From the NCBI GenBank assembly GCA_948891265.1, contig CAQUBD010000003.1, positions 9,789 to 73,788 on the forward strand: a stretch of 64,000 nucleotides of DNA, in the 5' to 3' direction. Numbering within the stretch: the first letter of the stretch is position 1; each line of letters opens with the position of its first letter. The notes under the pieces were generated by a model. That model searched no databases. It saw only the letters and a program-made list of their open reading frames with translations, and had not been told where the DNA came from. This stretch comes from an uncultured Clostridia bacterium. GTDB taxonomy: Bacteria; Bacillota; Clostridia; TANB77; CAG-508. Of the stretch, positions 45,926 through 57,764 are shown piece after piece. A program made the position numbers and the translations under genes.

Positions 45926-48205
45926 ATGAAAAAGGAACTAGATATTAAAATAAGGTTGGTATTGAAATTTATATTGATTACTATACTATTTTTAATAATA
46001 TTAGCAATTATTTCTATATGGTTAAAAGCAAGTGCATCAACAAAGCTACAAGGGATTGAAAATTTCCCTAGTAGTTATCAACCATATTTACAAGAATTAT
46101 TAAAAAAACATCCTAATTGGAAGTTTACAGCATTATATACAAATTTAGATTGGAATTATGTAATAAGTCAAGAAAATGTATTTGGAAAGAATTTAGTGCC
46201 TAAAAATTATTCAGATAGTTGGAAAAATACAACACCTGGACAATATAATATAGAGGTTGATAGTGGTTGGGTTGATAGTTCAAGACAGGCAGTAGAATAT
46301 TGTATGGACCCAAGAAATTTTTTAAATGAAATTAGAATATTTCAATTTGAAGGATTGTCATATGATGTGCATACAAATAATTTAGATGGAATTGAAAAAA
46401 TTTTATATGGTACAGAATTTTATAATAAAAAAGTATCATTTCTAGATTTTTGGGGAAACACCATTAATATGAATGAAAAATATTCGGATCTAATTTTAAG
46501 AGGAGGACAAACTTCATATGTTAGTCCATATCATTTAGCATCTCGTATTAAACAAGAGGTAGGCCCTTTTTTATCACATTCTTCAATAAGTGGAAATGTT
46601 CAAGGATTTGAAGGATTATATAATTTTTATAATATAGGAGCTACAAGTTCAGCAGAGCCAATGGGGGCAATTAAAAATGGATTGAGGTATGCAAAAGATG
46701 GAAAAGGTGCAAGTGAGGAAACAAAAAATAAATATTTAATTCCATGGAATACAAAAGAAAAAGCAATTAGTGGTGGAGGAATTTTTATTGGTTCTAGTTA
46801 TATTAACGTGGGACAAAATACAATATATTTACAAAAATTTGATGTTAATGATGATAGAGGAGGTAATTTGTTTTCACATCAATATATGACTAATATATTA
46901 GCACCATATAGTGAATCAAAATCAATTTATAATGGGTATAAAAATAGTGGATTATTAAATACAGCGATGAACTTTATTATTCCTGTATATAATAATATGA
47001 TAAACATACCAGTGCAAAGTCCAAATATTAATACAAATGATTTTATTCAGGATAATACTAAAGTATATTGCAATGGTGATAATATAAATATACGAACAGG
47101 TCCAAGTACTTCTTATGAGATTATAACCACAATATCAAAACAAGATAAGATGACCAGAATTCAAAAAGGGAAACAAGCAGGTGAAAGATGGGATAAAGTA
47201 ATTCTAGAAAATGGAATTGTTGGATATATTTATCAATCATATGTAACAGAGATTCCACCAGTTCAAATTGAGAGAATACACATTTCTATTGATAATGCAA
47301 CAATACAAAAAGGAGAAAGAAAACAATTACAAATTACTATATATCCTCAACAAGCAAATAATCATAAAGTTATATATTCTTCAAGTAATCCTAATATAGC
47401 AACGGTAGACGAAAAAGGTAATATTTTAGCAATTCATTCAGGAGAGACAATAATTACAGTTAAAGCACAAGAAAATTATGTACAGAATGAAATAAAAATA
47501 AAAGTTTATAGTAAAGTTGAAAATTTATTTTTAGATCAGAATGAAATTTGTATGACTGTTAATGACACATTTAAAATTAATGGATACGTTGAACCAGATG
47601 ATGCTGATGACTCTAAGATTTTATATAGTAGCTTAAATCCACAAATTGCGACTATTGATGCAAGTGGAAATATTACTGCAAATAAAATTGGTGATACTAC
47701 AATAATTGCAAGAGCAAATGAAAATCCACAGATAAAAAAAGAGTGCAAATTGTCAGTTGTTAGAAAGATGGAGGATACCGAAATATCTATTGATAATTCT
47801 TTAACAGTGAATAGTTTAGAAATTAGTGGAATAAGTTATGATAAGAATACAGTTGCAGATTTAAAAAGTTTATTTTTTACTAATCTTGATATTGAAATTG
47901 TCAATTATAAAGATGAAATGCTAAAGGATAGTGATCTAGTTGGAACTGGTTGTAAACTTTTAGTTAAAGAAAATAATAAAGTGCTTAGAGTATATAGGTT
48001 TATAGTGTATGGTGATGCAAATGGAGATGGAAAAATAAATAGTTCAGATTTATTAGTATTACAAAGACATATTTTAGAGATTCAGAATATGGACGAAATA
48101 TTTAGAAAAGCTACTAATATTAGAAAAAATGGAAAAAAGCCAACTTCAATAGATTTGTTATTAATTCAAAGACATATCTTAGAATTAAAATTTATTGAAC
48201 AATAA
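45926..48205 (+). CDS. Large surface/secreted protein: N-terminal TM, SH3b-like domain, Big_2 Ig-like repeats, and a C-terminal type I dockerin
   Basis: Big_2-like segments (ATVDEKGNILAIHSGETIITVKA; ATIDASGNITANKIGDTTIIARA). Dockerin duplicated Ca-binding repeats (GDANGDGKINSSDLLVLQRHIL ... KKPTSIDLLLIQRHIL). Confidence 0.7.
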   Translation: MKKELDIKIRLVLKFILITILFLIILAIISIWLKASASTKLQGIENFPSSYQPYLQELLKKHPNWKFTALYTNLDWNYVISQENVFGKNLVPKNYSDSWKNTTPGQYNIEVDSGWVDSSRQAVEYCMDPRNFLNEIRIFQFEGLSYDVHTNNLDGIEKILYGTEFYNKKVSFLDFWGNTINMNEKYSDLILRGGQTSYVSPYHLASRIKQEVGPFLSHSSISGNVQGFEGLYNFYNIGATSSAEPMGAIKNGLRYAKDGKGASEETKNKYLIPWNTKEKAISGGGIFIGSSYINVGQNTIYLQKFDVNDDRGGNLFSHQYMTNILAPYSESKSIYNGYKNSGLLNTAMNFIIPVYNNMINIPVQSPNINTNDFIQDNTKVYCNGDNINIRTGPSTSYEIITTISKQDKMTRIQKGKQAGERWDKVILENGIVGYIYQSYVTEIPPVQIERIHISIDNATIQKGERKQLQITIYPQQANNHKVIYSSSNPNIATVDEKGNILAIHSGETIITVKAQENYVQNEIKIKVYSKVENLFLDQNEICMTVNDTFKINGYVEPDDADDSKILYSSLNPQIATIDASGNITANKIGDTTIIARANENPQIKKECKLSVVRKMEDTEISIDNSLTVNSLEISGISYDKNTVADLKSLFFTNLDIEIVNYKDEMLKDSDLVGTGCKLLVKENNKVLRVYRFIVYGDANGDGKINSSDLLVLQRHILEIQNMDEIFRKATNIRKNGKKPTSIDLLLIQRHILELKFIEQ

Positions 48206-48263
48206 AATTGGACTAAATCAGATAAAAGTTTTAAGAAAACGAGTGAAAGGAATGATATTAAAT

Positions 48264-49541
48264 ATGAATATTAAAGCAAAGAAAAAAATAGTAATACTTT
48301 TAATAAGTTTTGTTCTTATATATATTCATTGCTTCAATTTTAATATTAGCTTTGCTGTAGATAATGGAATTGTAATTATAAATTGTGACAAAAGTAATAT
48401 TAATAAAGATGAAGAATTTGAGATTAGCATCAATTTGGAAAATGCTATAACATCAGCCTTTACATTATCGCTATTTTTTGATAACACAAAGGTAGAATTT
48501 GTAAAAGGCCCAGATAATATAAATGTAATTGAAAATGAAATTATTTATGTATGGTATGATTTAACAGGAGGAAAAAACTCTAAACAAGGTGAAATTGCAA
48601 AATTAATATTTAAAGCAAAAGATGAAGGGATTGCAAATTTTGTAGCAAATGGTGAATTTTATAATGAATTACAAGAACAACTACCAATTAAGTCTAAAGA
48701 TATACAGGTTCAAATAGGAAATATACAAAATACAAACCAAGAGAAGAAAATAAGTGATGATGAACAGGGTAACAATACGCAAGTACAAAATGCAAATCTA
48801 AAAGTATTAAGATTAGATAGGGAAGGATTAATACCTAATTTTGAAGAAAATATATATGAGTATTATTTAACTGTTTTAAATGATGTAAATGATATAGAAG
48901 TTTTAGCTATTTCAGATAACGCTAATGCTACAGTAGAAGTAGCGGGAAATAACAATTTAAAAGAGGGAGTAAATGATATAACAATTAGAGTTATTTCAGA
49001 AGATAAAACACAAGATAATATATATACTATACATGTTACTAAAACATCAGATTTAGAGATATCTAATACAAATTTAGAAATTCTAGCAATTGAAAATATA
49101 TTATTATATCCTGAGTTTGATAGAAATGTTACAAATTATGAAGCACAAATTTCTAATGAAATTAATAATTTAAACATTTTTGCTGTACCAGAAAATGAAA
49201 ATGGAAAAGTAGAAATTACAGGCAATGGCAATTTAAAGGAAGGAAATAATTTAATAAATATAAATGTAACTGCTCCAAATGGAATTTCAAAAAGAGAATA
49301 TAAGGTAAATGTATATAAGAGAAATCAAGAGGAAGAAACTAAGTATCAAGAAGATGTAAAGGATAATCAAAATAAATTAGAAGAGATATATGATATAGAA
49401 AAAACTAATGATGAATTATCAATTCAAAAAGATGAAAATCATAAAAGAAATATTATAATAGGTGTGTTAATAATAGTTTTAGTATCTTTTTTTGTAGTTT
49501 TTTTAATATATAAAAAAATCTTCTATAATTTCACTAGTTAA
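48264..49541 (+). CDS. Membrane-anchored protein with a cohesin domain and two cadherin-like beta-sandwich repeats
   Basis: Signal/TM N-terminus; cohesin-like FAVDNGIVIINCDKSNINKDEEFEISINLEN...IYVWYD...AKLIFKAKDEG; repeated LKVLRLD...NFEENIYEYYLTV / LEILAIENI..YPEFDRNVTNYEAQI modules; C-terminal TM. The tool ORF starts at 48195. Confidence 0.65.
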   Translation: MNIKAKKKIVILLISFVLIYIHCFNFNISFAVDNGIVIINCDKSNINKDEEFEISINLENAITSAFTLSLFFDNTKVEFVKGPDNINVIENEIIYVWYDLTGGKNSKQGEIAKLIFKAKDEGIANFVANGEFYNELQEQLPIKSKDIQVQIGNIQNTNQEKKISDDEQGNNTQVQNANLKVLRLDREGLIPNFEENIYEYYLTVLNDVNDIEVLAISDNANATVEVAGNNNLKEGVNDITIRVISEDKTQDNIYTIHVTKTSDLEISNTNLEILAIENILLYPEFDRNVTNYEAQISNEINNLNIFAVPENENGKVEITGNGNLKEGNNLININVTAPNGISKREYKVNVYKRNQEEETKYQEDVKDNQNKLEEIYDIEKTNDELSIQKDENHKRNIIIGVLIIVLVSFFVVFLIYKKIFYNFTS

Positions 49542-49663
49542 AAAATGTTAATTATTAGCTATTTAATACAAAAATTATGTTAATTGAGTTGAAAAACATT
49601 ACCAATTATGCTATAATATAGGATGTAAAAGAAAGCAAATATAAGAGAGGAGAACTGAATATT

Positions 49664-51346
49664 ATGGCGAATGACATAATTCAAGAAAACAAAAAAACTG
49701 TTGTTGCAACAATTGGCAGGTGGATAACACCACATGAAGGGCACAAAAGATTTTTGCTTAAATTAGTTCGGGAATACGATAAGGTTCTTATTTTAATAGG
49801 TTCATGCTATGAAAATGGAACTGAAAGCAATTGCATTTCTGCTACTGAAAGGCAGAAAATGCTTACAGCGATTTTAAAAAGAGAGGGAATTGCGAAAGAA
49901 AAATATGAGTTTGATACTGTTGAAGATGTTCCTACTTTTGAAGAATGGCTGGATGATGTAAAAGAAGTTTGTAATAAAAATGGTGTTACACATTTCTGTA
50001 CAGGAAATCAGGAAGATATTTTAAATGTCCTAAAAGAAAAGAATGAGACTTTAGGGTTTGAAATAATAAATCCTGAAGTGGATTCGGATTTTCCATATCA
50101 TTCAAGTCATATTAGGAAGATGATTATTGAAGGAAAATATGAGGAATTAGAAGGATTAATACCTGATGAAGTGAAACCAATTCTTTTTAGGAATTCTTTT
50201 AAAGAGATTTTAGCAGCAAATCAAAAGAGAGGTATTCACTTTGTGCAGGGACGTCAAACAGTAGATGTAATAGTGCTTATCAGAAATACTTTAGATGGAA
50301 AAGCCTATGTTCTACTAGGAAAACGTTCAATGGAAAAGGTTGATTTCCCTGGATATTTGGGACTTCCTGGAGATGCAATCCATAAACACGAGACAGCAAT
50401 AAATGCTGCAGTTCGTACTTGTTACGAACAAACAGGATTGCAAATTGAAGTACTGGACAACTCATTAGAGCCCGCAATTGTAAAGTTTGAAAATGTTCCA
50501 AAGTCTAACCTTGAACAGATGCATTTTGTAGGTATTTATAGTTCAGAGGATGAGAAATTTGCTGGAACTCGCGGAGGTTCTTCACAATGTTTTGGAATCT
50601 TTATTGAAGATGAGATATACAAGTATGAAGAATATCTTAATGCTTCTGAAGAATTAACAAACTTGAAATTCTATGAAGTAAATGATGCGATGTCTAAAGG
50701 ATTGACATATCAGCAGCCAGAAATGCTCAAAAAAGCAATGGCTATGTTTGAGGCATATCCGAATTTGACAAAAACAATTCAGCCACAAATGGAGGAAAAG
50801 GCAGAAACGTTCATGGTTTCATTTATAGGAGCTTCAGGTGCGGGAAAGAGTTCAGCGGCATTAGGCACAGCATTTAAACTCAAAATGTTAGGTCAATCTG
50901 TCGAATATGTTCCAGAATTTGCAAAAGAGTTGGTATACAACGGAGTCCTTGGAAAGTATATTCCAAATCAGTCATATATTGTGGCAGAGCAATTTAAACA
51001 ATTATATGATTTATTAGGGCAGGTGGATTACATCGTAACTGATGCAGGACTTGAAATTACTGCACTCCACTCATCAAAAGAAGATGAAGTTGTTGAAAAA
51101 TTAGCTTGGTATTTGAGAAATAAAATAAACCAAGTAACAATCTTTATTGAGAGAGATGAAGAAAAAGTGCCATTTGAGACACGTGGGAGAATTGAGACAG
51201 AAGAAGAGAGTCGTCAGTTTTCCATTCAACTTGAAAAATATCTAAAGAAAAACAATGTAAGATATATCAAAGTGAAAGGTTCAGAAGCAGCAATTGAAGT
51301 GGCTCTTAATGCAATAACGGAACATAATAAGTCATGTAAAGCGTAG
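49664..51346 (+). CDS. Three-domain NAD-metabolism protein: NMN adenylyltransferase (NadM-like), Nudix-like domain, and a C-terminal P-loop kinase (NadR-like architecture)
   Basis: ATIGRWITPHEGHKRFL (cytidylyltransferase HxGH), Nudix-like LPGDAIHKHETAINAAVRTCYEQTGL, and Walker A FIGASGAGKSS. GC is noticeably higher than the neighbours. Confidence 0.7.
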   Translation: MANDIIQENKKTVVATIGRWITPHEGHKRFLLKLVREYDKVLILIGSCYENGTESNCISATERQKMLTAILKREGIAKEKYEFDTVEDVPTFEEWLDDVKEVCNKNGVTHFCTGNQEDILNVLKEKNETLGFEIINPEVDSDFPYHSSHIRKMIIEGKYEELEGLIPDEVKPILFRNSFKEILAANQKRGIHFVQGRQTVDVIVLIRNTLDGKAYVLLGKRSMEKVDFPGYLGLPGDAIHKHETAINAAVRTCYEQTGLQIEVLDNSLEPAIVKFENVPKSNLEQMHFVGIYSSEDEKFAGTRGGSSQCFGIFIEDEIYKYEEYLNASEELTNLKFYEVNDAMSKGLTYQQPEMLKKAMAMFEAYPNLTKTIQPQMEEKAETFMVSFIGASGAGKSSAALGTAFKLKMLGQSVEYVPEFAKELVYNGVLGKYIPNQSYIVAEQFKQLYDLLGQVDYIVTDAGLEITALHSSKEDEVVEKLAWYLRNKINQVTIFIERDEEKVPFETRGRIETEEESRQFSIQLEKYLKKNNVRYIKVKGSEAAIEVALNAITEHNKSCKA

Positions 51347-51418
51347 TAACACAAAAACAGTTTTCCTCTATACATCTTTTTTAGGTGTATAGAGAATTTG
51401 TAAGAAGGAGAGATCTAT

Positions 51419-52393
51419 ATGGAAATGACGAATGGCATTAATATAGTAAAATCAAAAGAAAAAATTCAGAAGGAAAGTTGTGTAAAAAAGCGGTCAGAAG
51501 ATTTAATTTCAGTATTAAAAGGGAAAAAGGTAACAATATTAGGGCATGACAATATTGATGTAGATGCAACATTATCAGGAATATTAATGTCTAAATTGTT
51601 AGACTTTCTTAAAATCGATAATGAATTTATCATTATTGAAGAAGTTAAAAGAAATGAAACTTATGAAATAATTGAAGAAACAATAGGCATTGATATGAGA
51701 AAATGGCAAGTGAAAGGAGAAAATCCAAAAAGAGAATTGTTTTTAGTTGATCATTTCGAAACAATTCATAGTGGACATGTGGTAGGATGTATTGACCATC
51801 ATCCAACTAAGCAAGAAAAAGGCTATGAATTCAAATACACAAGAAAATCATGTGCAACTGCATATTTAATCTACGAAATTATGAAGGAAGTAAATTTTCC
51901 AATAACTAAAGAAGATGTAAAAATGGTTATTGTTGCTATGATGGTAGATACAGTATCTTTTAGAAGTAGCAAGACAATACCAAAAGAGGCGGAAGAAGCA
52001 AAAGAGTTGGCAAGGCAGTATGGGATCAAATATTTTCAATTGGAAAGATATTGTTTATGTTTAACTCCAATTGACAAAATGAGTAAAGCTGAAATTATAT
52101 CTAATGGACAAAAATGGTACAATTATAATGGGCATAAAGTAGGATCATCATATGTACAAATATATGAAATGCCAAATAAAGAACTAATAAGTGAATGGTT
52201 AAGTAGCTTAAAAGAAAAGTTAAGAGATACTAATAGTGATATGTTAGTATTCATTATCGCTAACATGAAAAGTAATACTACTTATGAGTATCAAATTACA
52301 AAAGAAGAGATAACAAGATATGTAAAAAATGGCATTTTATCAAGAGGACAAGATATTATGCCTGAAATTGAAGCTAAATATATTAATAGATAA
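51419..52393 (+). CDS. DHH family phosphoesterase
   Basis: ILGHDNIDVDATLSG (motif I/II) and GCIDHH (DHH motif). Confidence 0.7.
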   Translation: MEMTNGINIVKSKEKIQKESCVKKRSEDLISVLKGKKVTILGHDNIDVDATLSGILMSKLLDFLKIDNEFIIIEEVKRNETYEIIEETIGIDMRKWQVKGENPKRELFLVDHFETIHSGHVVGCIDHHPTKQEKGYEFKYTRKSCATAYLIYEIMKEVNFPITKEDVKMVIVAMMVDTVSFRSSKTIPKEAEEAKELARQYGIKYFQLERYCLCLTPIDKMSKAEIISNGQKWYNYNGHKVGSSYVQIYEMPNKELISEWLSSLKEKLRDTNSDMLVFIIANMKSNTTYEYQITKEEITRYVKNGILSRGQDIMPEIEAKYINR

Positions 52394-52520
52394 AAGAAAA
52401 ACAGCTCATATGAATAGATTATCATATGGGTTGTTTTTCTTTTAACTTTGCATAATAAGTTTTTAAAAATATATTAACATAAAAGCAAAGTAAACATATT
52501 ATATAACGGGAGGAAAAAAA

Positions 52521-53285
52521 GTGGAAAATATATTATATAGTATAGCAGGAATATTAATACCATTTATAGGAACAAGTTTAGGAAGTAGTTTTGTATTCTT
52601 TATGAAAAAAAATATGAATGAGAAATTTCAGAAAATGCTTGTGGGATTTGCTTCAGGTGTTATGATTGCAGCCAGCGTATGGTCACTTATTTTACCAGCA
52701 GTAGAAATGGCAGAGAATCAAGGGGGAATACCTTGGCTACCAGCAGCATTAGGATTTGCATCAGGTGTTATATTTTTAATTTTAATAAATAAAATTGCTA
52801 AAAAATTTGAATCAAATGGAAATGAAAAGAAGTTAAATATGTTAATATTTTCAGTTACACTACATAACATTCCAGAAGGAATGGCAGTTGGTGTATGCTT
52901 TGCAGGATTTTTAGCAGGGAATGCGGGGATAGCCTTATTTGAAGCAATGATTTTAGCATTAGGGATAGCTATTCAAAATATTCCAGAAGGTGCAATAATT
53001 TCAATGCCTTTAAAAATGCAAGGTGCAAATAAGAAAAAAGCATTCTGGTGTGGAGTTTTATCTGGAATAGTTGAGCCTACTGCAGCATTTATAACAGTAT
53101 TACTAATTAACATTGTTGTTCCAATCTTACCATATTTATTATCATTTGCAGCAGGAGCAATGATATTTGTAGTAGCAGAAGAATTAATTCCAGAAATGCA
53201 TAGTGGTAAGAAATCTACTTTAGGTGTAATTGGATTAACAATAGGATTTATTATAATGATGGTATTAGATATAGCTTTGGGATAA
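52521..53285 (+). CDS. ZIP family metal transporter (ZupT-like)
   Basis: HNIPEGMAVG and QNIPEGAII motifs, multiple TM helices. Confidence 0.85.
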   Translation: MENILYSIAGILIPFIGTSLGSSFVFFMKKNMNEKFQKMLVGFASGVMIAASVWSLILPAVEMAENQGGIPWLPAALGFASGVIFLILINKIAKKFESNGNEKKLNMLIFSVTLHNIPEGMAVGVCFAGFLAGNAGIALFEAMILALGIAIQNIPEGAIISMPLKMQGANKKKAFWCGVLSGIVEPTAAFITVLLINIVVPILPYLLSFAAGAMIFVVAEELIPEMHSGKKSTLGVIGLTIGFIIMMVLDIALG

Positions 53286-53418
53286 ATTAGAATATAAATG
53301 AAAATACTTTATAATTTTTATAAATAAAATTTGTAAAAATTATAGAGTATTTTTTAGTGTTGTGATAAAATATGAATAGTAAAAAGTTATTAATAAATAT
53401 AGTAAGAAAAGAGAAAAT

Positions 53419-53904
53419 ATGGAATATAATAAATGTGTAGAATATATGAAAGAAAAACATAAAGGACAAAAAAGGAAACAAGGAACGCCTTATTATTTAC
53501 ACCCAATTGGAGTAAGTAACATTTTAAAGAAAAAAGGATTTGCAAAAGATTATCAGATAGCGGGATTATTCCATGATTTGATAGAAGACACTGATACTAC
53601 TTATGAAGAAATATTAAAAATTACAAATAGAAACATTGCTGAAGCTGTAAGGCTAGTAACAAAAGAAAATGGATATAAAATGCAAGAATATATTATAAGA
53701 ATAAGTAAAAATGATATGGCAAAGATGGTAAAGCTAGCAGATAGACTACACAATTTGTCAGAAACTCATTTAACAGAAATAGAATTTCAGAAAAAATATG
53801 TAAATGAAACAGAGGAGTGGTTTTTAGATTTGGCAAAAGGGACTGTTTTTGAAGATGACTTACAAAAAGAACTAAATAATATTAAAAGATTATATGAAAA
53901 GTAA
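53419..53904 (+). CDS. HD-domain protein of the RelA/SpoT hydrolase type (small alarmone hydrolase-like)
   Basis: YYLHPIGVSNIL...AGLFHDLIEDTD matches the (p)ppGpp hydrolase HD signature. Confidence 0.65.
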   Translation: MEYNKCVEYMKEKHKGQKRKQGTPYYLHPIGVSNILKKKGFAKDYQIAGLFHDLIEDTDTTYEEILKITNRNIAEAVRLVTKENGYKMQEYIIRISKNDMAKMVKLADRLHNLSETHLTEIEFQKKYVNETEEWFLDLAKGTVFEDDLQKELNNIKRLYEK

Positions 53905-53924
53905 TAGAAATTTATTTAAAGCTC

Positions 53925-53991
53925 CAAAAAGTGATTATTGAATAGTCACTTTTTTTGTTGTATAGGAAAAATTGATTTTTCCTATACAACA
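53925..53991 (+). terminator. Terminator hairpin plus a second perfect 10-bp palindrome
   Basis: aaagtgatta...tagtcacttttttt, then gttgtatagg-aaaaattgattttt-cctatacaac. Confidence 0.5.
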
Positions 53992-54029
53992 AAAACACAT
54001 TCCAAAGAAAATTGCAATGCAATTTTCGC

Positions 54030-54155
54030 GAGCGAACAAAAACGGGGCATGTAAGTAATCTAAAATGTTAAAAAATTTTAATCATGCTCCTTTTGTTCTT
54101 GTATAAAATGTTTAAAACAGAAACAATGTTATTAATGTCCGCTTTTGTTCTTGTA
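54030..54155 (+). promoter_or_regulatory. Candidate PurR operator (inverted PurBox-like pair) in the purA promoter region
   Basis: gcgaacaaaaacg (54033-54045) and the inverted copy ccgcttttgttc (54139-54150), each containing a CGAACA core. Confidence 0.3.
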
Positions 54156-54238
54156 TAGTATTATATTAAAAAAACTTATTATATTTTTTATAAAAAGTAT
54201 TGACAAATAAAAAAATAATGAATATAATACAAATGTAA

Positions 54239-55549
<1,311 letters not shown>

Positions 55550-55572
55550 AAAAAGAAAGAGAGTTTTATATT

Positions 55573-56925
55573 ATGGAAGATATATATAATGTTTCACCAA
55601 TAGATGGTAGATACAGAGAAATAACAGATGAAGTAAGAAATTGTTTTAGTGAATATCACTTAATAAAAAATAGAGTTATTGTAGAAATTGAGTGGTTAAA
55701 AAAACTGTTTCAAATAAAAGAGCTAGATTTAAATTATGATAAATCAGATTTAAAAATATTTGATAAAATAATTGATGAATTTAATTTAGAAGATGCTAAA
55801 AAAGTAAAAAAAATAGAAGATGTAACAAAGCATGATGTGAAGGCTGTTGAATATTATTTAGACGAAAAATTCAAAGAATATAATATCGAAAAATACAATC
55901 ATCTAATTCATTTTGCTTGTACATCAGAAGATATAAATAATCTAGCTTATGGAATTATGATAAAAGAATTAATTCAAGATGTATATGTTCCAAATACAAA
56001 TAAATTAATAGAAACTATAGAAGAAAAAGCAAAAGAATATGCAAATATTCCTATGCTATCACATACACATGGACAAAATGCAACGCCTACAACAGTGGGA
56101 AAAGAATTATCAATATTTGCATACAGATGTAACAAGATTTTAAATAAAATAAAAAATGAAAAAATTTCAGGAAAATTTAATGGAACAGTAGGAAATTTTA
56201 ATGCACATGTAATTTCTTATCCAAATGTTGATTGGATACAAGTAAGCAAAGAATTTGTAGAAAGTTTTGGGTTAGAATGTAATTTATTTACAACACAAAT
56301 AGAATCACACGATAATATATGCCTAATATTTTCAGAAATTAAATTATTAAATAATATAATTTTAGATTTTGATAGTGATATATGGATGTATATTAGTAGA
56401 AATTATTTTATACAAAACAATGTTAAAGGAGAAGTAGGCTCATCAGTTATGCCACATAAAATCAATCCAATTAATTTTGAAAATTCTATGGCAAATATAA
56501 AAATGGCAAATGGAGTGTTAGGAGCATTTATTGAAAATTTACAAATTTCAAGAATGCAAAGAGATTTAAGTGACTCATCAATGCTTAGAAATATTGGAAT
56601 GGCAGTAGCATATTCAATTATAACGATAAAACAATCTATTAAAGGATTAAGCAAATTAAATGTAAACGAAAAACTTTTGAGAGAAGAGCTACAAAATACG
56701 CCAGAAATATTAGCCGAAGCAGTTCAAACAATATTAAGAAAAAATGGGTATGAAAATGCATATGAAATATTAAAAAGTATGACAAGAGGAAAAAATATAT
56801 CTATGAAAGAATTTATAGAAACTTTAGAAATAAACAAAGAAGATAAAGAGAGTTTATTAAAGTTAGAACCTGAAAATTATATTGGTTTAGCTTCTAAATT
56901 AGTAGAGATTGAAGTAAATAAATAA
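55573..56925 (+). CDS. purB: Adenylosuccinate lyase
   Basis: Fumarase/lyase family signature; SHTHGQNATPTTVGKE and SSVMPHKINP. Confidence 0.95.
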   Translation: MEDIYNVSPIDGRYREITDEVRNCFSEYHLIKNRVIVEIEWLKKLFQIKELDLNYDKSDLKIFDKIIDEFNLEDAKKVKKIEDVTKHDVKAVEYYLDEKFKEYNIEKYNHLIHFACTSEDINNLAYGIMIKELIQDVYVPNTNKLIETIEEKAKEYANIPMLSHTHGQNATPTTVGKELSIFAYRCNKILNKIKNEKISGKFNGTVGNFNAHVISYPNVDWIQVSKEFVESFGLECNLFTTQIESHDNICLIFSEIKLLNNIILDFDSDIWMYISRNYFIQNNVKGEVGSSVMPHKINPINFENSMANIKMANGVLGAFIENLQISRMQRDLSDSSMLRNIGMAVAYSIITIKQSIKGLSKLNVNEKLLREELQNTPEILAEAVQTILRKNGYENAYEILKSMTRGKNISMKEFIETLEINKEDKESLLKLEPENYIGLASKLVEIEVNK

Positions 56926-56941
56926 AGTTTAAAAAGGACAT

Positions 56942-57129
56942 ATGAAACAGAAAAAGCCACTTATTATAGTAGAAGTAGGAAAAAATTATGGACAAAAGGA
57001 GAAAAAAGTGGTAATATACAAGAAATTAAAAAAATTTATTTAGACTGCGATTCAGATACACTTTTATTTTTAGTAAAGCAAAAAGGATTTGCGTGTCATA
57101 GAAATAAAAAGACATGTTTTGAACTTTAA
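56942..57129 (+). pseudogene. hisI: Remnant of a phosphoribosyl-AMP cyclohydrolase (hisI-like) gene, frameshifted and internally deleted
   Basis: The C-terminal frame (57034..57129) encodes [31 protein letters not shown], matching the HisI DCDGDTLL..V.Q.G.ACH.G..SCF motif. A short upstream ORF (56942..57043) is in a different frame. Total length is far too short for an intact HisI. Confidence 0.4.
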
Positions 57130-57179
57130 ATATATATAAAATTAGAAAAAGAAAACACAATAATAGAAGGAGAAGAACA

Positions 57180-57689
57180 ATGCCAGGATATATGATACAT
57201 TTAGCAGTAGGAACAGTATATTCAAAGAATAATAAAATTGAAGATTTAAAAAGCTTTAACAAAGGAATAATAGACCCAGATTTATTAGGTGGAGATAAAC
57301 AAAAAACACATTATGGGTTAGATTCTGCTCATCCGGGATTAAATAAATATATAAATTCAAATGGAATGCAAGACAGTTATCAAGAAGGTTATTTTTTACA
57401 CTTATTAACAGATTACCTATTTTATAATAAATTTTTAACTACATTTAGTACAGATATTTATGATGATTATGATAGACTAAATTTAAAAATAAAAGAAAAA
57501 TATAAAATTAAGATTCCTGAAGAAGTACAAGATGTAGTAAAATTTAAAGAAGGAAGATTGACAGTTTTAGAAGAAGAAAAATTATATAAGTTTATAGAAA
57601 GTGTTGGTAAAATAAATGTAAGAGATATTATATCAAAAAGAGATATAGACTATGAAAGAGAAATTCAACAGTTAAACTTAGAAATATAA
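57180..57689 (+). CDS. Hypothetical protein, 169 aa
   Basis: GGAG RBS. No family confidently recognised. Confidence 0.5.
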   Translation: MPGYMIHLAVGTVYSKNNKIEDLKSFNKGIIDPDLLGGDKQKTHYGLDSAHPGLNKYINSNGMQDSYQEGYFLHLLTDYLFYNKFLTTFSTDIYDDYDRLNLKIKEKYKIKIPEEVQDVVKFKEGRLTVLEEEKLYKFIESVGKINVRDIISKRDIDYEREIQQLNLEI

Positions 57690-57764
57690 TTTAATAATTA
57701 TATAAATTTATGTTTTAAGATTAAATACTTTAAAAGGTCATAAAAGAAAGGAATACCAATAAAA

